32,316 bases of DNA from Diploschistes diacapsis (lineage: Eukaryota). Below, piece by piece: positions 24,501 through 32,316 of this stretch (position 1 is its first letter; the number at the start of each line of letters is the position of its first letter). Location of the stretch: the NCBI GenBank assembly GCA_023645945.1, contig JALAIB010000105.1, positions 1 to 32,316 on the forward strand, read 5' to 3'. The notes beneath the pieces were generated by a model. That model worked only from the letters and a program-made list of their open reading frames with translations, was not told the DNA's origin and did no database searches. The position numbers and the translations under genes are program-made.

Positions 24501-26112
24501 TCCCGTCGGATGGCCCTCAAAACTCGACAGAAGAAACAAGTGTTGAGGAATCCGAGCATACTCTCGCCTTACTTACACGGCCTGTCCGTCGTTCAGACCT
24601 GTCTACTTCTTCACCTTCACTTGGCCTCGGTATTACCAGCTCTGTCACGGCAGTCTCAGGATCTGGTGAAGGTTGCATAGAAAGGCCAATACCGGGACAT
24701 GCAGCCCATGAACGTACAAGCAGCCACCCGTACTCGCCTCCTTTCTCGACTTTTTCCACGCTTCTATCATCGCTTCCGTCCTCTCCTGGATTTGCAGACT
24801 TGACATTTCAAGATCCTGGTCACGCAAACAAGCCATCCACTGCATCAAATAACAGTGGTCCGTCATCTCCAAGGCCCGGCCGAAGGGAATTGGCAGTGCA
24901 TCCTCCTTCGCTTGGCGACAATTCTGCATCTCCCCCGTCTCCAAGGCCAGGGCATATGCAATTACCAACTGGCCCTGCTCAAGTGAGAAGATCCCCGCAA
25001 TCTCATTCTCCTCCTCCTACTCCTCCTCGGGCACCAATTAGCGAAGAAGGTCAAGGGCAATTGACGACGCGTCAGCCGGAATTTCGTCCTCCTGGTCCTC
25101 GGGTCTCAATCCGTAGGACAGAATCTTCACCAACGAAGCGTTCCCAACGCGAAGGGACACCATTTCCAGGATAAAGTGCAATGCTTCAAGTCTGCAATAA
25201 CCCTGACGCACTAACTCATGGAATAGTGCTGCGATTCTTTCCAAGGCTCTTTTACCCATTAAATGAGGGTTTCCTGTCTTTGTACTCGATTCTTTTCTTG
25301 CCTTTGTTCATTTTGTTCTGTACACTGATTGAATTTATCGCTACTAGTTATTTCCAAACGGCCTCGTCTGCTCCGAAGAAAATATCATTGAGGCCGGCTC
25401 TGAACAAAGTCTTTGATAAATATCGAGGTTCGTTGTGTTTCTGGAACGGGAATCGTAACTGACCATCGCAGATGACAGCTCAAGCCCGGATCAGATCGGC
25501 GCCGAAGGTACCATGACGTACCTCACCGAGATCAAGGTGTCATTGGAAGAGTGTGCTATGTTGGCCGTTCTTACCCAGCTGAAGGCACCGACAATGGGAG
25601 AGCTTACAAGAGAAGGTTTCATAAGCGGCTGGGAGGAGCTCTCAGCGGATACAATCGAGAAACAGAAGACACACGTGGCTCATTTTCGTTCCGAAATCAA
25701 GAGTAATCACGACTTCTTTCGCAATGTGTATCGTCATTCCTTTTATCTTGCTCGATCTCCGGGACAGAAATCAGTTGCCCTCGACGCAGCTATTGAGTTT
25801 TGGCGCATGCTATTCTCACCGGAGAGTGGACTGGACTGGAGCTCCGGCGGGTTCAGCTGGCTAGACCACTACGTCACCTTCATCCAGGACAAATGGAAGA
25901 AGAGTATCGGAAAGGATCTATGGCACCAGACACTGTTTTTTGCTCAAAAGACAATTGATGATCCCTCGCTATCATGGTGGAACGAAATAGAGTCTGCGTG
26001 GCCTAGCGTTTTGGACGAATTTGCTGCTCATGTCAAGTCATTGCCGGAGTATTCGATGAACCTAAAGCCGCTGGGATCAGGTGCCGGCGATGGTATGGAC
26101 ACGCGAGAATGA
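21586..26112 (+). CDS. DCN1: Defective in cullin neddylation protein 1 (UBA-like + PONY/cullin-binding domain), 282 aa, interrupted by a 3.5-kb intron
   Basis: Exons 21586-21669, 21772-21815, 25348-25427 and 25472-26112 total 849 nt, in frame: MPAFNSQQRAALRDFVETTGAKESVAVK|QLRASGWNPNAAVDT|YFQ...LNKVFDKYR|DDSSSPDQIGAEGTMTYL...APTMGELTREGFISGW...GQKSVALDAAIEFWRMLF...KKSIGKDLW...SAWPSVLDEF. The UBA-like motif W-N...AVD-x-YF is split exactly across the long intron. Confidence 0.92.
21816..25347 (+). other. Giant (3,532-nt) spliceosomal intron 2 of DCN1 hosting a nested ORF
   Basis: Donor GTATGT at 21816. Long pyrimidine tract about 25270-25320, branch CTGAT at 25325-25329, acceptor TAG at 25345-25347. 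The phase-2 junction (AC|T) restores AVDT-YFQ. Confidence 0.85.
22259..25174 (+). CDS. Uncharacterised 971-aa intronless protein nested in DCN1 intron 2 (helical repeats plus Pro/Ser-rich disordered tail)
   Basis: Uninterrupted 2,916-nt ORF with a good start context (ACAATGG), protein-like composition and basic NLS-like clusters (RGRRRHK, KRKRE, PPKRSK). I recognise no transposase, RT, integrase or homing-endonuclease motifs. Confidence 0.8.
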   Translation: MAEHPDEDGSEQRPTKFNVEGADEICETFIKLFRKTTVGQKLETSERELEDDPDLPRGRRRHKPYYPPRVTPKYLTTELRIHLRSLAKEWIAQYRSGDLTSKELRRRMALEIERSFKSFWALSAFAREELNLDFDDPDRPELEVRKENLAAEEESEKRKRELESKALTIQPVSRKAEKKPLVCQRDDGTRDYHPGYENSMKVTNTGSSDAVRDVDLMKVDEDDLKAGRVFITRVPLINEIRDAITDTRLGLKKWKFQEICDFISESAGFPLYLSYFEKSFYEGEVPAATVAQSICDLNQVPPDFMVGETVKDTLKRGALRDVVLEHLSHLVSHSRAGTMNPNLAQEFAVDTLQFSADFGSALEHFQLLCQSHEIEPSAAAQLAWAEHIDNDFVFEKHVLEEFSDIYLGTRSDDTVPTWTGALYEPPFHCREQFHSLMTKVFDGCRGGKWSIIWADKLVRHFYGRRAPALPDLELWISRTDMTSVDLADKIWHSVPEKDDWDLMLQTHNDVYIKKKMRQMQEDLEKRAKRAQDTIIESYREVGNGAEVLPKLSKLRIMYPNKRRMLDIAEDIINGRTSLRRARKLLKSLETGIDLRALWKKMYQNGLDPVYFYGGEISRAMGYEVFARSPLHGKWDKDHQHDIMRQPLYFPDGAGISDSDGETEGLWGLRMPTEDAKKWARQLKLREDLVEGNHKNLKLKRKEQAVRRFIMGEEPPHTSRGSYHAPMKRTASKELSAIPPKRSKTPSPIPSDGPQNSTEETSVEESEHTLALLTRPVRRSDLSTSSPSLGLGITSSVTAVSGSGEGCIERPIPGHAAHERTSSHPYSPPFSTFSTLLSSLPSSPGFADLTFQDPGHANKPSTASNNSGPSSPRPGRRELAVHPPSLGDNSASPPSPRPGHMQLPTGPAQVRRSPQSHSPPPTPPRAPISEEGQGQLTTRQPEFRPPGPRVSIRRTESSPTKRSQREGTPFPG

Positions 26113-27493
26113 AGTTCGGGATCGACGACCGTTCGAACCATGTCGAACGATGCATGACCAGCATGTGCGATTTGCAAGGAGAAAGGCAAGATACCCAATA
26201 TTGTTTCACTGGATTTCTCGATTTGGACCCAAGCGGCTATGCATATAGAGTCGTTTTGGTTGCCAGGGGCACCAGAGCTGCTGGGTTCCCTGCTGGTAAA
26301 AACAGGTCGTGCAGGATCTTCTACATCCTATTAATGCAATTGACTGAGTCTGCATGTTTGCTTAGATGCCTCTGATGTCTGTAGCCCCCATGTGAGCTTC
26401 AGTCTCCCTACGCCTAAGCCATGTAATTTCCGGAATCTTCGAGAGTAGGACATGCCGCTCTCCGGGATATAGTCAGTACAAGGCGACCACAAGGCACGCA
26501 GTTGAGATAGGGTGCAGCCAAGGCTCTAATAGGTATTGATTGTGGTCGCCTAGCTTGGCCGTTAGTAGGGTGAGGATTTACCTATCAACACTGTTGATAC
26601 GTAAACATCCCTAGGATTTGAATGCAACCAAGTTCGTACAGAGCCGAGCTGAGAGCGTAACGCATGTGAATGTGTAGCGCAACATTTTCATACCGAAATT
26701 AACGGTGAGCGACTCGATCATCATTCCTCTATTATTTACGCTTCGCTTTGCTTGCTTGTTTATAGGTGGATAGAGATACGCACCGACGAGCTCAATTTAT
26801 GAATCTACATCAACGCCTCGGGCGAGCGAAAGCCCCTTTTACGAGAACTACGATTTCAAGATGGTGGATCATTATTGTTTCGATGCTCTAACGTCGGACC
26901 CGAGCCCAGAATGGCAGGAAATGGAGAGGCTGCTGCTACCCTATCGTTGGTATGGCATGCTAAAATACTGATTAGATCAACACTGCAACTATCACTTCAG
27001 TTTATGCTGGAACCCATGTGCAGTAAATTGGAAGGCTGCTGATAGTAAGTAGGCACACGTACTGTGTTGATGGGACCTCCTTTCTACCTTGCTCTTTGAC
27101 AATTATTGAAATGCAGGCAACACGATTGTCCCCCAATACAATGGCGAGGTCCTCGAGCTAAAGCTTCGGCGTATGTATCACACCGTACGCCCTGCACCAA
27201 ATGTCCTATTTATTTCCTGCATTCAGTCTGCTAGTTGGTCTGCCCTATTGGACCGCGAGGGGGACACATGCAAGTAAGTGGCTTCACCTATTCCAGCATT
27301 CTTAGCAGCAGTACTCAAAAGACTAACTTAGGTAAGATGCTAAAGGAGCGTGCACAAAGCCTGCCACTGGTTCCTTGTCACCTTATACAATTTGAGATGG
27401 ACGATTTAAGACCAAAAACCATTTCCTTAACTTCCCTAACCCAAAGTTCCTCGTCAAAGTATGACCCATATCTTTAGTCCCAGCTTCGACTCT

Positions 27494-27882
27494 TCAGGCT
27501 GTTGAACCAGGCAAGGCGATTAGACTAAGATCGCTATCGCTGATATTGTCTTCATTGCGTTTAGCACCATCGTCAGATGGGAAATTCAAGCAAGGTCGCT
27601 GTCGTTAATTTCATTCTCGTCTCTCTGAACTCCAGCACCGGTCAGGGCTATGGATGCGAGGTCGTTGACGCTGATACTGTTTCCTTCTCGTTTGGTCATA
27701 GCATCGGGTTGGGAAATAGAAGCAGAAATGCTGTCAAATCTCTTGGCTGCTTGTCCTGGCTCGTTTATGAAAGCACTATCACCTCTAATGTCCTCTTGTG
27801 GCAGTATGGGTGCCTTCTTTGGTACAGGGTTGCCGTAGGTAAGTGTGAGGAGCACGGTTACGATATAACTAGAAGGACGCAT
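27494..27882 (-). pseudogene. Secreted Kex2-processed repeat peptide precursor (KEP / dikaritin-type RiPP precursor candidate) with a 1-bp frameshift
   Basis: Signal peptide MRPSSYIVTVLLTLTYG-NPVP, then units ending KR/QR: ...EPGQAAKR, FDSISASISQPDAMTKR, EGNSISVNDLASIALTGAGVQR, DENEINDSDLA. After the TGA at 27588-27586 the repeats continue in another frame: NFPSDDGAKR-NEDNISDSDLSLIALPGSTA* (stop 27496-27494). Confidence 0.72.
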
Positions 27883-28533
27883 ATCCGCTTTGCTGGATTT
27901 TAACGTTGTAGATCGTGAAGAAGCGTGTAGTGGACTAATAGTTCATACCAAGGCTTGAGAGCGCTTTCTTTATTGATATTGTTGTTGTGAGTACGAGAAT
28001 GGAGAATATCGACAATTTCCTTTCAAGTAGGGGATCATTGTTCTTTAATATGTTATCAGTTCTTCTGTTTGCGGATTCTGGCTGCATATAGGCCAACAAC
28101 CAGCTGAAGCTGGAGATCACGACGGTGATGCTGGAAGACCAATTCTGATGTCCCTAGTCTCCATATTTCTAGATCAAGCAAACTCTTTATTCTCTTCACT
28201 CACTGGGAGAATTACCGAGTTGCTTGATTAATATATCATCCGACCCTTGAGCGTCGCCTAACCTCTACCGCTAAACGCAAGGAATTTTACCACGCAGGTC
28301 TATGGATATCGAATGAGGAGTGGAACGCCTTCGCAAGTACGTCCTCTCAAATTTACGGGCCTTATTCAATCTATTTTTCTGAGGTCCTGATCAAGGCGGT
28401 TCTAAACTTGGGCACCCTATGCCTTCCTCGTTTCCACCATTCGGCTCCATGTCTTTTACTTTTCAACCACACCAAGTTTTATGAACAATATCTGGAGATT
28501 TTTTTAAGGTTCGGTCTATAGATCGGGCAAGCG

Positions 28534-29420
28534 ATGACCAAAGAAATTTATGTATTCGAGCCGCTGGAAAAAAATTATGTTGATCAAGACTTCCACCATA
28601 GGAGCCAAGTATGAGATACGGCAACAACGTTCATGGAAGCTGCTTGTCTTTCTAAAAAACACTTGCTATATTCTTGTTTCTTCATGCAGCTTTCCTCCAC
28701 GACAAAAACTTCGATTTAAGATCCTCACGCCCTCCGCTGTCGGCTTTGAATGAGCGAACAATTACCTTTCCTTGCCAAATGTCCTTCTAGCTGACTGTTA
28801 CTAGCCAATTTCAAATATGTTCTTACAATTCCCTGGGTCGACGCCACCGAATACGCCAGCACTAACCTCACCGAAGCCTTTCCCCTCTAATAATCCATCG
28901 ATTTCGATACCAGCATGGTCGCTTTGCCCAACGACTATACCCAGCGAATAGGGCTCCCTGAAGTTCAGCCCTTTACCTGGGATCAATCAAAGAGCCTGTG
29001 CCTCCTAAACGCCTATCACAGCTTACATTGCCTGGTATGTTCCCTTTTCTACCTTATCTGTCCAACTTTTCTAATTCCAGGTAGAAAAGCACCACCTCTC
29101 CCTAGCCCAGGACCATCCGTCCACCCCTTAAACCTATCCTCTTGGGTATCTAACCCACTGTCTCGACTTCCTGCGCCTTGGAACTCTCTGCCACACCGAC
29201 GACACCCCGTTACACAACCCTAACGCGGGAGCCTATAAGCGGCGTCAACCAACCGCGCTAGTGCAGAGAATGGTGGAAGTTGGAGGAGTGGGCACGGGGA
29301 CATATTGCCTGTTATAGATGGATTGGGCAGGAGGCGAATGATGTTAATTACTTCGAGAGGTTCAAGTTCTGCCCGGATGGGTCGAGGGAGGGGAGGGTGG
29401 TAGAAAGGTATTTTGAGAGG
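28534..29420 (+). pseudogene. UstYa-like / DUF3328 oxidase pseudogene
   Basis: Exon 28805-29034: ...EAFPL**SIDFDTSMVALPNDYTQRIGLPEVQPFTWDQSKSLCLLNAYHSLHCL (HxxHC 1). From 29081: ...TP*TYPLGYLTHCLDFLRLGTLCHTDDTP (HxxHC 2 degraded), then after a frameshift SGVNQPR*CREWWKLEEWARGHIACYR...ERFKFCPDGS. The probable degraded first exon with a hydrophobic segment (28534-28750) is less certain. Confidence 0.88.
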
Positions 29421-30247
29421 TTTATGGATCATGGTGTTAAGAGGCGGATTGGGCGGTCGTGTTGCTGGCGGTTCTTGGATCCAAGAAAGAGTGGGAGGCC
29501 GACTAGAGAAGCGTTGTATTGGGCGGAGAGGATAGGGATCGATGAGAAAAGAAGGAACTGTTCTCTGTATACAGCTCCGGTATGGAGGTATTGATGAATC
29601 CAGGGCATCTATAATTAGATTGTCTCCTTGGGAATAATACTAGATCTCTTTGACCACGGAGACTGGCTCTACGCTTACAACACGACACAAGAAGTTAAAG
29701 GCTGTTGCTTCCCCCACGATCCTTTGAATCTTGAATTCCATGCTGCGGATCGTGTATGGCACTCGGGATTAAGAACTCACGTGTCGCAGATCGGGTTTGA
29801 GGGCAGTTCATTATAGTTACTACATCACTTAAACAGTGTATGTATTTTTTCGAAAATAAATATTGAGCCGTGGGCTGTTAAGATAATGGGCAGTCCAGCC
29901 GAATATTTTGGACAAACAGACACACATCTTTCTGGGGGATCAGGGCGGGCGGGTTATGGTGCAGGTTAATCAAATGCACTGATCTGTTTAGTGATTAGAT
30001 TAAATTTGGTTACCATACATGACATGCCGGCTGATCCGAGCTAGAAACGGCACTGGAAAAATAAAGTGAGAAGTTATTCCAGTGCATCAAGGCATACGCC
30101 ATAACGATTCCAAAAAAATCACCACCTTGCTTACATATACAACGACCGACTGATTATAACGTTGGTTTATATACTTCTAGTGACCTTCATTTGCACAGCA
30201 ATCCGCCTTCACGTTGACACGCGAATATGCTGTAGCAACGGATGCAA

Positions 30248-31380
30248 TCACTCTCCCGATGGAACACCGATAGCTGTCCCCTGAGCGACGGGTGTGCCCA
30301 GGTCTGGGTTGCCATTGCTGTCAAAATTGACGATCTGAGCCATTGTGTATCTATCACTTCCACAGCTTCCAGCCGAGTTCTGCGTAGCATGATAACCATT
30401 CTGAAACAAGATTAATACTTAGCAGGATGAAGCATGGTGGCGAAGGGCGAAAGAGAGCTTACCCAGATCTGAGTATTGTCGGGGGACATGAAGAAGACAT
30501 TGTGGCCTGTGCCATAGTTGCCGTTGGCAGATTGGAAGACGGGACCGGCCTTCGTCCAGCTACTCTGCTGCATGGGATCACCATTACCGTCGTAGGCCAA
30601 CAATCCTAGAGAATAGGTCGGAGTACCGCACCACGAGGCCGAGAAAGAGAGCCAAATATTACCGTTGTAATAAAGCGCGTTTGGACCTTCGTTAACAGCG
30701 ACCGGCTCGCCGGTATCGTTTTCGGGGTTTTGCATCTCCCAGGCCTCTGTCGGAGACGATATGACGGACCAATTGCCCACGGTCCAGGCTGATGTATCAA
30801 GTTCTGCGATTTGAATGCTCTGGGTTCCCTGCGCATTGAAAGCGGATACTACATGGTATCGAGTATTCCCCACCACAAGGTAAGTACTGTCGATAGACCA
30901 TGGAGTATTTCCATCAGAGCCACCTTGACCACCCGCCACAGGAGTCAACTCTGCCTGAAAAGTGTAGGTACAGTCGTATGGATCAGTCTCGCAACCCTTG
31001 AGTACCCAGGAGCGTTGGTTGCCGTTGGCGTCACCGGCCGTGTAGAATATGTACCATCTACACTCGTTAATCGCCACGGATTGAGCTCAGAAGTGCCCAA
31101 CTCACATTCCATCAATCTGGTGCATCTCTGGCGCCCAAAAGTTGCTGTTCCGGCTCGGGTCTGTATCTGTCCACACAGTCTGTGTCTCGCCAGTGGCAAG
31201 GCCGCCGAGAGTGGGCGAGCGAGTGACTGATATGAAACTCTGCTGGGTATTGGTAAGGTAGTAGTTACCATTGATGTAAACGATATGGGGATCCGCTCCA
31301 GGAGCACGAACTGGCTCTGTAAAGGTCTGTCCTTGCGCGAATAAGCAAAGGACCAGAAGAGGGAGGATTTGGAGGAGCAT
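30248..31380 (-). CDS. Secreted glycoside hydrolase family 43 (alpha-L-arabinofuranosidase-like), 340 aa
   Basis: Exons 31380-31106, 31057-30463 and 30400-30248 (1023 nt). Signal peptide, catalytic-type motifs GADPH, WAPEMH, WSIDST and VNEGP, plus YGTGHNVFFMSPD..IW|NGYHAT. Confidence 0.93.
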
Positions 31381-31889
31381 GGTATGTAATCTTAAGACAG
31401 GAAGACTTTGACAGAAGATGCAAGACTATATATCTGCAAGATTAATGGAAGACTTGGGGGGGGTGCTCCATGTTCTATAAGCTTCTCTTCCTGCACATAC
31501 TTCCTGATCAAAGTTAATTTCATATTTGCCTATTTGCTCACAGTACCCGGAGACATAGCACACGAAGGTCTGCACCAAGAGAATAGCCGTGATATCCCCG
31601 TATACGTCATGGAAGTCCAAGCCGGCCGTTCATCGTTCCCTGTTCCTGAAACCTTCATCAAACGATGCGCCCAGATGATCTCGGTCTTGCCGCGGCGGCA
31701 CGCAGTGACACGGAGGCAGAACTCCGCTTGAGCGATGGGCATCTAAGATAAAATTGTTCAGGCAGGTACAAGTTCGACGTTGAAGCACGCTAGCTAGCGG
31801 CATTTGGCAGTGTACCTAATAGGTCAGGGTGGCAGCCCGACAAATTAAAAGCTGTGTGATTCGATTGCATAGTGTGTTTAAACTATCTA

Positions 31890-32316
31890 GCTACAGATTT
31901 ATAAATAAAAGGTATTCCGCCAAGTCTTTTCGGACTTAGAGCTTAATTCCGTAATAAAACCACATCCTTTCTTACTAGAATATGAGCGACTCGCTTATTA
32001 ATTGCTTTTCATATTCATAAAGCATTCCTTTTAATCAGCTTCCTCTTTATAGATGCACCGTTCTAGTCTATCTATCCCTAACAGAATCAGCTAATTTATT
32101 CTTTTTCTATCTTTATAGTCTATTAGCTTTAATTAAAACGTTTTAGTGTTATAAATAGCAAGATTAATGAACTCTTAACTTTTTAATTCTTTCTTAAAAG
32201 TTATAGTATTTAGATTTAACAGCATATAATAGACTTAAGATGGCGTCTTTTTTTATAATTAACTTTAACGGACCCGGCGATAACTTCGTAAGTTTTATAA
32301 TTAAGAAATATTATAA
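31890..32316. repeat. Start of an AT-rich, TpA-rich block; probable RIP-degraded repeat/transposon relic
   Basis: Visible shift to AT-rich sequence with many TAA/TTA/TAG triplets (e.g. 32101-32220) and no ORF in the track. Element identity cannot be read. Confidence 0.55.

Noticed and set aside
22259..25174. Nested ORF as a transposon, retroelement or homing-endonuclease insertion
   Set aside because: I see no DDE, RT, integrase, tyrosine-recombinase, LAGLIDADG or GIY-YIG motifs, and no terminal repeats or target-site duplication near the intron ends. The intron has ordinary spliceosomal signals. Not fully excluded without a profile search.
26583..26599. Perfect palindrome TATCAACA-C-TGTTGATA
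   Set aside because: A single 8-bp-arm palindrome can arise by chance in 32 kb, and it has no supporting context.
29421..29816. Tail of ORF 29280-29594 and ORF 29628-29816 as genes
   Set aside because: UstYa similarity ends near 29420; the remainder shows no recognisable motifs or splice structure.

Overview
Gene-dense eukaryotic DNA from a filamentous ascomycete (Pezizomycotina-type genes, short GT-AG introns with CTRAY branch sites). The centre is a housekeeping block: acidic mitochondrial protein, CAND1, PTC1, VPS2/DID4, FZO1, NDE1, MVP1 and DCN1. All of these splice by hand into intact frames. The main oddity is DCN1: its second intron is 3,532 nt, whereas the other coding-region introns I resolved are 44-118 nt. 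That intron holds an intact, intronless, same-strand 971-aa ORF of unknown function with degenerate helical repeats, and only one TAA separates it in frame from the DCN1 C-terminal exons. To the right lies a decaying fungal RiPP-like pair: a secreted Kex2-repeat precursor with a 1-bp frameshift, head-to-head with a UstYa/DUF3328 pseudogene whose stops look like C>T/G>A (RIP-like) changes. A GH43 gene and an AT-rich, RIP-like end follow. A second decayed secreted-protein gene sits near the left end. Family calls come from motif recognition only; no database searches were run.
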